A stretch of DNA of 64,000 nt from Pseudodesulfovibrio indicus (lineage in GTDB: Bacteria > Desulfobacterota > Desulfovibrionia > Desulfovibrionales > Desulfovibrionaceae): assembly GCF_001563225.1 (NCBI RefSeq), contig NZ_CP014206.1:3513486-3577485 (forward strand). Reading direction: 5' to 3'. Each line of letters begins with the position of its first letter. The stretch's first letter is position 1. Below, one piece after another: positions 30,786 to 40,269 of this stretch. The position numbers and the translations under genes are program-made. The notes below the pieces were generated by a model, which was not told where the DNA came from, did no database searches, and was given only the letters and a program-made list of their open reading frames with translations.

Positions 30786-33215
30786 TTAGGCGGCGGAGAC
30801 CGCCTTGCCCTTGCCGTTGGGCTTGGCAGCTCCCGCAGGGGCCGCTTTCTGGGCCGCGCCCTTTGCGGGCTTCGGACCGTCGGCCTTGGCCTGGGGGTTG
30901 GCCGCAACGGTTTTTACGGCGGCCTTTGCAGCGGCCTTGGCCGGTTGGCCCGCCGCCGGGGACTTGGCCGGGGTCGCCGGAGACGGCTTTGCCGCCGGTT
31001 TGGGCGCATCGGCCTTGTCTGGCTGCTGCGCCTTGGCCGCCGGTGCCGTGGCCACCTGCATCTCGGGCGACAGGACGGTCGCCGGAGGCTGGGCCGGTTT
31101 TTCCGGGGACGGTTTCACCGCGGTTGCGGCGGGTTCCGTTCCGGCCCGGGGTTTGGCAGCGGCGGGCGCCTGGGCCGCAGGCAGCTTGGGAGACGGCGCG
31201 GGAGCCGCCGGTTTCCGGGTTGCCCCTCGTTCCGGGGAAGCCTGGATCGCGCGGGCCGGTGCGGACCACCCTTTCCCGTCCCGGACAAGCTGGGCCAGGA
31301 CCACGTCCATGAGCCCGCCCTGGCCTGCTCCGGCCATCACTTCCGGGGTGATCTTGATCTTGCCTTCCGCGACCTGCCGGATAATCTCGATGGCGGTTAT
31401 CGCCTCTTCGCCGAGGATTTCGCTCTGGAGTCGGTAGGCGTCGGCCTTTGCCTGGCTGATGACCTCGATCTCCCTGGCCTTGCCTTCCGCGATGGTGATG
31501 GTCGTCGACTTGACCTCGTAGGCCGCCTTGGAGTCGATCTCCGCCCGGACCAGGTCGATCTGCTGGTCCGCCGTGGCGCGGGTCTTCTCGGTGGCGATGC
31601 GCGCTTCTTCGGCCACCTGCTGGCGGGCGAACATCTCCGTCTGCTGTTCCGCGATGATCCTTCGGGTCTGGGTCTGCATCAGCTCTTCGGGGAGGCTGAC
31701 CTGGCAGATCAGCACGGACACGCATTCCACATAGTACTTCCGAAGCTCCGCCCGGACCTGCTTGTGCGCCCTGGCCTGCTCGTCCTCGCGGTTCAGGAGG
31801 AAGTTCATGGCCGAGATGGAGGACGCCTGGTTGCGGAACTGGGATTCGATCATCGGATGGATGACGTCCTGGGCCAGGATGTCGACGCTGCCGACCTTGG
31901 CCACCAGGTAGGGGCATTGCTCCGGCCAGACGCGGACAACGATCTTGAGCGTGATGTCGATCAGGAAGCCGTCCTTGGAGATGACCTTGAGGCTGTCGAA
32001 CCGGGTCTTGGCCGAGTTTTCCCACTCGAAGGTCTGGTTGGTCGTCCTGATGATGTGCGGGATGTACGCCCACCGGTTCAGGTAGTAGTGACCCGGACCG
32101 GCCACCTCTTCCCAGATGCCCCGGTATCCCTTGGGCACCACGTACCGCTCGCCGACCCCGGCTTCCTGGTGGACGCTGGAGTTGTCGAAGGTCGCCTGAT
32201 GGGCCTTCATTTCCTCGGTCGGCGGCAACCCCACGTTGGAGATGTAGACCGCGACTTCGCCCCGTTCCACCTCGATGATGTCGTCCAGCTCGACCTTGAA
32301 CATCAGGGGATTGATGTAATAGGTTCCCGGACGCAGGATTTCGAGCTGCGGTCCACGCTGCCCTCCCTGGGCCAGGAACTTGTGCGCGTTCTGGTAATCG
32401 TCATGGCCGGAGACCATCTTGGCGATGCGCTCTCCGTCGGGAAGGGGCAGGCCGTCCTTGGCCAGCACCAGGCCGACCTGGCTCGGGGGAACCACCATGG
32501 CCTCCTTGATCCCGACCTTGAACAGCGCCGTGTTGATGCGGTAGGTGCCGGGCAGGAGGATGTCGAGCTGCGGCCCGCGCTGCCCTCCGTTCTCCAGGAA
32601 GGCCTGACCGTCCTGGAAGTTGTCGTGCCCCGGCACGCTCTCGCCGAGCAGCTTGCCCGAGGGGATCGGCTGGCCGTCCATGGCCGTGACGATGCCGATC
32701 TGTCCCGTGCCGACGACGATGGGCTTGACCTTGTTCACATGGAACAGGTTGGAGTTGATGCGGTAGGTGCCGGGAGGCAGGATCTGGAGCTGCGGCCCCT
32801 TCTGGCCGCCGTTGGCCAGAAATTTCACGCCGTCCTGGAAGGCGTCGTGCTCCGGCACGACCTTGGCGAAGATGCGGCCGGTGGGGACCGGCTCGCCGTC
32901 GATGCTTTCGACAAGGCCCACCTCGCCCACGCCGATCTGCTGGAAGGCGATCTTGCGCACGGTAAACACGAAGGGCAGTATGAAGTGCAGTCCCGGCTCC
33001 AGCGTCTTGGCCAGGATACCCACCTGGCCCGGCATGGCAACGACCCTGCCCCTGGGCATCTTGCGGCCGAGCCAGCGGCGCTCGACAATGGCGATCTTGT
33101 TGCCCGGGACCAGAACGATGCTCAGCCCGATCAGGCACAACACCACGATCAGGACGAGCAGGACCACTCCCACCATCTCCCGGCTTGAAATAAGCATATT
33201 CAGAAAATTATTCAT
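30786..33215 (-). CDS. flotillin/SPFH (band 7) family membrane protein with three tandem N-terminal repeats and Ala/Pro/Lys-rich C-terminal tail
   Basis: Start MNNFLNML (TM), three ~70-aa repeats each ending GGQxGPQLxILxPGTYxIN..F.V, SPFH core, coiled coil, then ~180 aa KPAA/AKPA low-complexity tail. Confidence 0.85.
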   Translation of the reverse strand: MNNFLNMLISSREMVGVVLLVLIVVLCLIGLSIVLVPGNKIAIVERRWLGRKMPRGRVVAMPGQVGILAKTLEPGLHFILPFVFTVRKIAFQQIGVGEVGLVESIDGEPVPTGRIFAKVVPEHDAFQDGVKFLANGGQKGPQLQILPPGTYRINSNLFHVNKVKPIVVGTGQIGIVTAMDGQPIPSGKLLGESVPGHDNFQDGQAFLENGGQRGPQLDILLPGTYRINTALFKVGIKEAMVVPPSQVGLVLAKDGLPLPDGERIAKMVSGHDDYQNAHKFLAQGGQRGPQLEILRPGTYYINPLMFKVELDDIIEVERGEVAVYISNVGLPPTEEMKAHQATFDNSSVHQEAGVGERYVVPKGYRGIWEEVAGPGHYYLNRWAYIPHIIRTTNQTFEWENSAKTRFDSLKVISKDGFLIDITLKIVVRVWPEQCPYLVAKVGSVDILAQDVIHPMIESQFRNQASSISAMNFLLNREDEQARAHKQVRAELRKYYVECVSVLICQVSLPEELMQTQTRRIIAEQQTEMFARQQVAEEARIATEKTRATADQQIDLVRAEIDSKAAYEVKSTTITIAEGKAREIEVISQAKADAYRLQSEILGEEAITAIEIIRQVAEGKIKITPEVMAGAGQGGLMDVVLAQLVRDGKGWSAPARAIQASPERGATRKPAAPAPSPKLPAAQAPAAAKPRAGTEPAATAVKPSPEKPAQPPATVLSPEMQVATAPAAKAQQPDKADAPKPAAKPSPATPAKSPAAGQPAKAAAKAAVKTVAANPQAKADGPKPAKGAAQKAAPAGAAKPNGKGKAVSAA

Positions 33216-33277
33216 GCGGTCATCCTTGATACAGAAGTCCCCGCCCCCGGCATGCGGAGGGTCCGGACGGACACCGG

Positions 33278-33297
33278 CCGGAGGAGGCATCCTCCGG
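33278..33297. other. perfect hairpin CCGGAGGA-ggca-TCCTCCGG in flotillin 5' leader region
   Basis: seen in sequence ~65 nt upstream of flotillin start. Confidence 0.3.
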
Positions 33298-33546
33298 CGA
33301 GAACCGTTCGGAACGTTGACTTTGCGCTTGCGGTAAAGCCCCCGGAAACGCCGGTGGCCGGTTGCGACACCCGGCTTGGGGGGAGGTTGATGCCGGTGTT
33401 CCCAGAAGGACGCCCGGCAGCCTTTGCGCTCAATGGCAGACGGTCTCGGGACCCCAATCGCCCGGAACCGGACAGGGACAGGCCGTCAGGCGGTCATCCG
33501 CCGTGATGCGCCGGGCCGTTGCCGGACAGGGGAAAAGGGTGCGGGA

Positions 33547-33939
33547 TCAGCCCAGCGGAGGCGGGCGGGGGAGAAATCGGGAAAGATGTTCTTCGGAATT
33601 GGGGAGCAGGGTCGCGGCCAGGGAAAAGAACCCGTGGGACCCATGGGGCGGCAGTGACGGGATGAAGCACCAGGCTTCGACCGACAGGACGTGGTGCAGG
33701 TCGTCTTCCCCGTTGTCGGTGTCCCCCAGATCCGCCAGGCTGACCAGCGGACCGGTGTCGACGGATAGCGCCCGCGCGGCAAGGTTGTGGCCGAACTGGT
33801 GCGACAAACGATGGACCTGGCCGGTGGCCGAAGCCATCAGCAGGCATATCGCCAGCACGAGTCCGATTTTGCTGTATCGTCTGAAGCTTGCCGCCACTGG
33901 AATCAAGACCTTTGCCGAGGTGGTTAGACACGGTGCCAT
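33547..33939 (-). CDS. possible small secreted His-rich protein (hypothetical)
   Basis: ORF with signal-peptide-like RRYSKIGLVLAICLLMASA/TGQ and His-rich mature part; lower GC3 than neighbours, no clear RBS. Confidence 0.25.
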   Translation of the reverse strand: MAPCLTTSAKVLIPVAASFRRYSKIGLVLAICLLMASATGQVHRLSHQFGHNLAARALSVDTGPLVSLADLGDTDNGEDDLHHVLSVEAWCFIPSLPPHGSHGFFSLAATLLPNSEEHLSRFLPRPPPLG

Positions 33940-34255
33940 TCAGGCCTGAGACGCCCTCGTTCCGGGAGCTGCGCCGTTGCATCGATTCAGGGGAATCCCC
34001 CGGATTGCCCGACGCCCGGCAGGCAAACCTCGTCTAATCCGAAGTCCGGCCGGGTTCCCGTTGAACGATCCGTCCATTACCACAATCACCGGCGCAATAA
34101 AAGGTAATATACCCCGCCCCGAAATCCGGGACGCGCCCCCCGCCGAAACCGAGCCCGAGATCGAACCTCCGCCCGATTTTGGAAACTTTCATGAAAATCT
34201 TGAATCACGGGAAAGAAATTGCTAAAAGGGTGTAACGAACGTCAAGGAGCCGACC

Positions 34256-34810
34256 ATGAACGAACAGAACGTCCTCGGACATCACATCCGCCAACTGCGC
34301 AAGGCCCAGGGGATGACCCTCCGCGATCTCGCCGAAAAGGCGGGCTGCTCCGAAAGCATGCTGTCCAAGATCGAGAACGGGAAGGGCAACCCGTCCATCA
34401 AGGCGTTGCAGGGCATCTCCAAGGCCCTGGGCACCAACATGGGAGCCCTGTTCCAGCCCGACGCCGCGCCGGGCATCGTCTCCCACTGGGGCGAGCGGCA
34501 CATGGCCCAGATGACCACGGGCAGGGGCGTGGTCCTCGAATACCTGTCGCCCCACCTGCCCGGCCACACCCTCCAGGCCCACATCCACGTGGTCGAACCG
34601 GGCGGCAGCAGCCTCGGCGAAATCTCCCACGAGGGCGAGGAAGTCGGCTACGTCCTGACCGGAGAGCTGGAGCTGACCGTGGACGACCAGACCTACCACG
34701 TCAAGGAAGGCGACTCCTTCTTCTTCAGCTCCGAACTCCCCCACGCCTTCCGCAACAACGGCGCCGTCACCGCCCGAGTCCTCTGGGTCAACACCCCGCC
34801 GACCTACTGA
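34256..34810 (+). CDS. XRE-family HTH + cupin-domain transcriptional regulator
   Basis: HHIRQLRKAQGMTLRDLAEKAGCSESMLSKIENG (HTH_XRE) and C-terminal cupin. Confidence 0.85.
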   Translation: MNEQNVLGHHIRQLRKAQGMTLRDLAEKAGCSESMLSKIENGKGNPSIKALQGISKALGTNMGALFQPDAAPGIVSHWGERHMAQMTTGRGVVLEYLSPHLPGHTLQAHIHVVEPGGSSLGEISHEGEEVGYVLTGELELTVDDQTYHVKEGDSFFFSSELPHAFRNNGAVTARVLWVNTPPTY

Positions 34811-35071
34811 TCCCGCCTTGCCGCGCCGCCTCGCGGCTGCCCATAATTGTCATTTCCTCTCAGGAAATTTTCTCAATTTTCCCATATTTGTCACACACCC
34901 CTTTAAACCCCTTTCCCCGGTTGCCCATAGGCACCCTTCCAAACCTCAGTCTTTTCAACATATTCCCGGAGAATTTTCCCTACACGAAAGTTTTGGCACG
35001 AGAGCTGCTAAAATCAGTCAAGTTTTTAGTCGCGACCGCGCAGCCAACTCAACCGTATTAGGAGAACAAGA

Positions 35072-35926
35072 ATGACCCGTCCCCCCCTTTTCAAACGCAG
35101 CGTCAGGTGCATGGCCGTGGCCTTGGCCGTTCTGCTTCTCACCGTCACCGCCGCCTGGGCCGACCTGCTCCAGGACATCAAGGACAAGGGAGAGATCACC
35201 ATCGGCACCGAGGCCGCCTTCCCGCCCTTCGAGTTCGTGGAGAACGGCAAGATCGTGGGCTATTCCGCCGACCTGCTCGAACTGATCATGAAGGACCTGC
35301 CCGGCGTCAAGCTCAACCGCCTGGACGTGCCCTGGCAGGGCATCCTGCCGGGCCTGGCCGCCGGCAAATTCGACTACATCGTGACCTCGGTCACCGCCAC
35401 CAAGGAGCGGTATGACCGCTACGCCCTCTCCCTGCCCATCGCCGACGCCACGGTCGCCCTCCTGGTGCGCAAGGACTCCGACATCAAGACCGCCGGGGAC
35501 GCGGCCGGAAAGGTCGTCGCCTCCCAGACCGGTTCCGCCCAGCTCAAGGCCCTGCTCGGCCTCGGGGAGAAGCTCGCGGCCGAGGGCAAATCCTTCAAGG
35601 ACGTGCGGGAATACGTGTCCTTTGACGAGGCCTACGCCGACCTGGCCGCCGGGCGGCTGGACGCGGTGGCCCAGGCCTTTCCCAACCTGGCCGACGCGGT
35701 CAAGAAGCGCCCCGACGCCTTCCGCATCATCACCCCGCCCTTCGGCCCCGCCGTGTACTTCTCCTGGGCCGCCCGCAAGGACGCGGAATCCAAGTCCCTG
35801 GCCGACTTCTTCGACGCGGGCCTGCGCAAGCTCAACGAGTCCGGCAAGATGAAGGAACTCCAAATGAAGTGGTTCGGCTTCGAGATGCCGGTCCCCGCCG
35901 ACGCGCTGCCCGTCCCCGTCCAGTAG
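35072..35926 (+). CDS. polar amino acid ABC transporter substrate-binding protein (SBP_bac_3)
   Basis: Signal peptide, ITIGTEAAFPPFEF motif. Confidence 0.9.
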   Translation: MTRPPLFKRSVRCMAVALAVLLLTVTAAWADLLQDIKDKGEITIGTEAAFPPFEFVENGKIVGYSADLLELIMKDLPGVKLNRLDVPWQGILPGLAAGKFDYIVTSVTATKERYDRYALSLPIADATVALLVRKDSDIKTAGDAAGKVVASQTGSAQLKALLGLGEKLAAEGKSFKDVREYVSFDEAYADLAAGRLDAVAQAFPNLADAVKKRPDAFRIITPPFGPAVYFSWAARKDAESKSLADFFDAGLRKLNESGKMKELQMKWFGFEMPVPADALPVPVQ

Positions 35927-35948
35927 CCATCCAGGGAAACGACCCGAC

Positions 35949-36623
35949 ATGAACGCGTCATTGGACTACACGGTCGTCATCGACAACCTCCCCCTCTTGA
36001 TACAGGGAGCGGGGGTCACCCTTGCGGTGGCCCTCGCCTCCATCACGGCGGGGCTGGCGGTCGGCATGGCGGTCTGCCTGGGCAGGCTCTCGGGCAACCG
36101 CGTGCTGCGCGGGCTGATGAAGGTCTACATCAGCGCCCTGCGCGGCATTCCCATCCTGGTCATGCTGATGATCGTCTTCTACATGCTCCCGCTGGTGGGG
36201 CTGGAGGTGCCGCCGGTGCTGGCCGCCATCCTCGGCCTGAGCCTCAACTCCGCCGCCTTCCAGGCCGAGATATTTCGCGGCGGGTTCAACAGCCTTCCCA
36301 AGGGACAGCTGGAGGCGGCCCGCGCCCTGGGCATGGCCGAGACGCGCATCCTGACGCGCATCGTCATCCCCCAGGTCCTGCTCCGCGTCCTGCCGTCCCT
36401 GGTGAACGAACTCATCGTGCTCCTCAAGAACACCTCCCTGGCCTCGACCATCACGGTCATCGAACTGCTGCGCACCAGCCAGCAGCTCGTCTCCTCCACC
36501 TACCGGCCCACGGAGATCTATTCCGCGGCGGCCCTGCTCTACATCCTGATGTGCTTCGGCCTCTCGGTCCTGGGATCGTCGGTCCGCAGCAGATTGAGCG
36601 GCCACGAGGAGGGTGCGGCATGA
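35949..36623 (+). CDS. amino acid ABC transporter permease (HisQ/M type)
   Basis: polar amino acid permease fold, EAARALG motif. Confidence 0.9.
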   Translation: MNASLDYTVVIDNLPLLIQGAGVTLAVALASITAGLAVGMAVCLGRLSGNRVLRGLMKVYISALRGIPILVMLMIVFYMLPLVGLEVPPVLAAILGLSLNSAAFQAEIFRGGFNSLPKGQLEAARALGMAETRILTRIVIPQVLLRVLPSLVNELIVLLKNTSLASTITVIELLRTSQQLVSSTYRPTEIYSAAALLYILMCFGLSVLGSSVRSRLSGHEEGAA

Positions 36624-37291
36624 ACCTCTCCGTGCTCGACAGCTACTGGCCGATCATCCTCGGCGGCCTCCGCACCACGGTGGTCATCTGCACCCTCAGC
36701 ATCCTGCTCGGCCTGGTCCTGGGGCTCGGCCTGGAGCTTGTGCGCCGCAACCTGCGCTGGCTCCGGGTTCCGTGCCGGATCTACGTGGAGTTCTTTCGCG
36801 GCTCGCCCATCCTGCTCCAGCTCTTCCTGCTCTATTACGCGGGACCGAGCTTCGGCCTGGTCCTCGACCCGGACACGGCCGGAGTGGTCGGCCTGGCCCT
36901 CTACGGCGCGGCCTATTTCGCGGAAATCTTCCGGGGCGGCTTCGACGCCATCCCCGCGGGGCAGCTGGAAGCGGCCGAGAGCCTGGGCATCCCGCCCTTC
37001 CGGTCCCTGTGGCGCATCCAGCTGCCGCAGATGATGGCCATGGTCCTTCCGGCCCTCGTCAACCAGGCCATCATCCTGGTCAAGGACTCGGCCGTGCTGT
37101 CCATCATCACGGTCCCGGACCTGACCAAGCAGACCGCCAAGATCATCAACGAAACCTTCACCATCTCCGAGCCGCTGCTGGCCCTGGCCCTGCTCTACTG
37201 GCTGCTGGTGGAAACCCTGTCCAGGGGCGGCGCCAAGCTGGAGGCCATGGTCACGAAGCATCTCAAACCGCTCCGAGGGAAATCATCATGA
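36620..37291 (+). CDS. amino acid ABC transporter permease
   Basis: Start MNLSVLDSYW with ATGA overlap; EAAESLG motif; the ORF in the track starts earlier in-frame. Confidence 0.9.
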   Translation: MNLSVLDSYWPIILGGLRTTVVICTLSILLGLVLGLGLELVRRNLRWLRVPCRIYVEFFRGSPILLQLFLLYYAGPSFGLVLDPDTAGVVGLALYGAAYFAEIFRGGFDAIPAGQLEAAESLGIPPFRSLWRIQLPQMMAMVLPALVNQAIILVKDSAVLSIITVPDLTKQTAKIINETFTISEPLLALALLYWLLVETLSRGGAKLEAMVTKHLKPLRGKSS

Positions 37292-38118
37292 CCAAGAAAC
37301 ACGTAGCCAAGGCCCTGGCCATCCAGATCCAGGGACTGCACAAACGGTTCGGGGACATCGAGGTGCTCAAGGGCATCGACCTGGACATCCACCAGGGCGA
37401 AGTGGTCTGCCTCATCGGCCCCTCCGGCTCGGGCAAGAGCACGCTGCTGCGCTGCATCAACCTCCTGGAGACCTACGACGAGGGCGCCGTGCTCATCGAC
37501 GGCAACTGCATCGGCTATTCCGAGACCTACGACGGCAAGCGCGTCCCGGCCTCGGCCGCGTCCGTGCGCGACGCGCGCCGGGACCTCGGCATGGTCTTCC
37601 AGCAGTTCAATCTCTGGCCCCACATGAGCGTGCTCCACAACGTCACCGAGGCCCTCCGCTCGGTCAAGCGGGCCGGACGCAGGGAGGCCGAGGCACGGGG
37701 CGCGGCCATGCTGGAGAAGGTCGGGCTGGGCGACAAGCTGCACAGCTATCCGGCCAACCTCTCCGGCGGCCAGGCACAGCAGCGGGTGGCCATTGCCCGC
37801 GCCCTGGCCATGGAGCCGTCCATCATGCTCTTCGACGAGCCGACCTCCGCCCTCGACCCCGAGCTGGTCGACGACGTGCTCAACGTCATGCGCAACCTGG
37901 CCGACGAAGGCATGACCATGATCGTCGTCACCCACGAGATGGGCTTCGCCGCCGAGGTGGCGGACCGCGTCGTCTTCCTCGAAGACGGCAGGCTCGTCAT
38001 CCAGGGCAGCCCGGACGCCATTTTCAACGCATCGGACGATCCCCGGCTCGAAAGGTTCCTCGGTTCCTGGAACCGGCGCAACGTCAGTGCACCAAACCAC
38101 AAAGAAAGGAGTCTATAA
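37288..38118 (+). CDS. amino acid ABC transporter ATP-binding protein
   Basis: Start MTKKHVAKAL; GPSGSGKST, LSGGQAQQRVAIARA; track ORF 36613..38118 is a wrong-frame fusion. Confidence 0.9.
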   Translation: MTKKHVAKALAIQIQGLHKRFGDIEVLKGIDLDIHQGEVVCLIGPSGSGKSTLLRCINLLETYDEGAVLIDGNCIGYSETYDGKRVPASAASVRDARRDLGMVFQQFNLWPHMSVLHNVTEALRSVKRAGRREAEARGAAMLEKVGLGDKLHSYPANLSGGQAQQRVAIARALAMEPSIMLFDEPTSALDPELVDDVLNVMRNLADEGMTMIVVTHEMGFAAEVADRVVFLEDGRLVIQGSPDAIFNASDDPRLERFLGSWNRRNVSAPNHKERSL

Positions 38119-38723
38119 TGACAACCGCCCCCACCCGCATTCCCCCCAGGACCGGAAAGGCCGTGTTCCTCAAGGCCGGCCAGGCCATCAAGATCATCAA
38201 CACCCACGGGCAGCAGATCGTCGACACCTGGGCCTTCAACCCCTATGACATGAGCGAATACCTGTCCATGCAGCACACCCGGGCCTATCTGAACAAGGTC
38301 ATCCCCGGGGTGGGCGACGCCCTGGTCTCCAACCGCCGCCGCCCCCTGCTGCACCTGGAGGAGGACACCTCCCCGGGCGTCCACGACACCCTGATCGCCG
38401 CCTGCGACATCTACCGCTACATCGGCCTGGGCGTGGACGAATACCACGACAACTGCCAGGACAACATGTACGCGGCCATGGCCGCCCTGGGCCACACGCC
38501 GTGCACCTGCCCCAGCCCCCTGAACCTGTGGATGAACACCCCGGCCACGGACAACGTCGTCGAGTGGCTGCCCCCGGTCTCCAAGCCCGGGGACTATGTG
38601 GTCCTGCGCGCGGCCGTCGACTGCGTGGTGGCCATGTCCAACTGCCCCCAGGACATCCTGCCCATCAACGGGGAGGCCTGCGATCCCACCGAAACCCACT
38701 TCGAGATTCTCGAGGCGAAATAA
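38118..38723 (+). CDS. conserved protein, DUF1989/urea-carboxylase-associated-like (assignment tentative)
   Basis: 201 aa, good codon usage, start overlaps ATPase stop. Confidence 0.75.
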   Translation: MTTAPTRIPPRTGKAVFLKAGQAIKIINTHGQQIVDTWAFNPYDMSEYLSMQHTRAYLNKVIPGVGDALVSNRRRPLLHLEEDTSPGVHDTLIAACDIYRYIGLGVDEYHDNCQDNMYAAMAALGHTPCTCPSPLNLWMNTPATDNVVEWLPPVSKPGDYVVLRAAVDCVVAMSNCPQDILPINGEACDPTETHFEILEAK

Positions 38724-39851
38724 ATGGACGTCATCGACCTGGCCCGGCGGCTCATCCGGATCGACACCACCAATCCTCCGGGTCGCGAACGGGATGCGCT
38801 CGACCTCCTGGCCCCCCTGCTCTCCTCCGGCGGGGCCCGCGTGACGCTGGACCGGTTCGATGAAGGCAGAGGGAGCCTGGTGGCCCGCTTCAACGCGGGG
38901 CACCGGGCTCCGGCCCTGTGCTTCGCCGGACACATAGACACCGTGCCGTTCGGCGGGCAGACCTGGTCGCACCCGCCGCTGGGCGCGGAAGAGGCGGCGG
39001 GGAAGATCTACGGCCGGGGGGCCAGCGACATGAAGTCCGGCATCGCGGCCATGTGCATCGCGGCCCTCGAGATGATCGCCGAGGGCATGGACCGCGAGCT
39101 GGCCCTGTACGTCTTCGGCGGCGAGGAAACCGGCTGCACCGGGTCCTTCCACGCTCTGGCGGACCCGGCCCTGCTCGGCGAGCCCGGGGCCGTCGTGGTC
39201 GCCGAACCGACCTCCTGCCGCCCGCTCCTGGGACACAAGGGAGCGCTCTGGCTGCGCTGCACCGCCACGGGCACCACGGCCCACGGCGCCATGCCCGAGC
39301 TGGGGGACAACGCGCTGTACAAGGCGGTGGACGCCATCCGGGCCATCCGGGACATCGACTGGGCCGTGCCCGACCACGCCCACCTGGGCCCCATGACCCT
39401 CTCGGTCAACACCCTGCATTCGGGCATGAACACCAATTCCGTGCCGGACCGGGCCACCTTCGACATCGACATGCGGACCCTGCCCGGCCAGCACGGCCCG
39501 GACATCGTGGACAGGATCATCCGGGCGGCGCCTCCCGGGACCATCGCCGCGCAGCTCCTGGACATCCCGGCGGTCTGGACCGAGCCGTCCGAGCCGTGGA
39601 TCGAAAGCGCCTTCCAGGTCCTGACGCCCCTGCTGGACGCGCCCCCGGCCATTGAAACCGTCCAGTTCTTCACGGACGCCGCCGCATTCCGGCGCGCCCT
39701 CCCCGACGTTCCCATCCTTGTTCTCGGACCGGGCGATCCGGCCATGGCCCACCAGACGGACGAGTACTGCGCCATCCGGGAGATCCGCCAGGCCGTGCGC
39801 CTGTACAAGGCCATCGGAGCCGCCTGGGCCGCCGCCCCCGACAACCCCTGA
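38724..39851 (+). CDS. M20-family metallopeptidase/deacylase (ArgE/DapE-like)
   Basis: LIRIDTTNPPG, GHIDTVP, GRGASDMK motifs. Confidence 0.9.
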   Translation: MDVIDLARRLIRIDTTNPPGRERDALDLLAPLLSSGGARVTLDRFDEGRGSLVARFNAGHRAPALCFAGHIDTVPFGGQTWSHPPLGAEEAAGKIYGRGASDMKSGIAAMCIAALEMIAEGMDRELALYVFGGEETGCTGSFHALADPALLGEPGAVVVAEPTSCRPLLGHKGALWLRCTATGTTAHGAMPELGDNALYKAVDAIRAIRDIDWAVPDHAHLGPMTLSVNTLHSGMNTNSVPDRATFDIDMRTLPGQHGPDIVDRIIRAAPPGTIAAQLLDIPAVWTEPSEPWIESAFQVLTPLLDAPPAIETVQFFTDAAAFRRALPDVPILVLGPGDPAMAHQTDEYCAIREIRQAVRLYKAIGAAWAAAPDNP

Positions 39852-40269
39852 CCGGCCCCGAACCGGCGTCCCGTCCGGCCTTCCCGCCGTGCCATGTCGT
39901 GGGAAAGAGTGGACTTTTGAAAGCACCTGTGCTGAAATTCCGCAAATTTGAGAAGGGGTGGCCTGCAGCCGCCCGGGTTCAAGCCCTTCGGGCGCGGCGT
40001 GGGATGGGGTATCGCTGCCGCTGCCGGGGTTTCCAGGTTATTCGAGAGCGTCAGCCGCCGCCGGGCTTCCCGGTGCCGTCCCGGGTCCCCGGAACGGCGG
40101 GAATGTCGCGGCCTTGGGCCGGTGCCGGTCTTTCCGGCGCGGACAGGGCGGAGCGCGGCGGGCCGCTCATTACATATAGCTCTTGTCGGGGCACCCGCGC
40201 CGGGCCGTTTTTCATCGAGCCGGGCGCACCGCTTCCGGCAGTAATTTATTGCAGTGGAGAGTTGGTTGC

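Noticed and set aside
30343-33188. 576-aa minus ORF and 747-aa plus ORF
   Set aside because: Wrong-frame or antisense overlaps of the flotillin gene and the terminator region
33362-34225. 195-aa and 82-aa plus ORFs in the long intergenic region
   Set aside because: Arg-rich, no RBS, likely non-coding; only the minus-strand signal-peptide ORF was kept, at low confidence
36613-38118. 501-aa ORF
   Set aside because: Artificial fusion: the first ~225 codons are an out-of-frame read through the permease gene; the real ATPase starts at 37288
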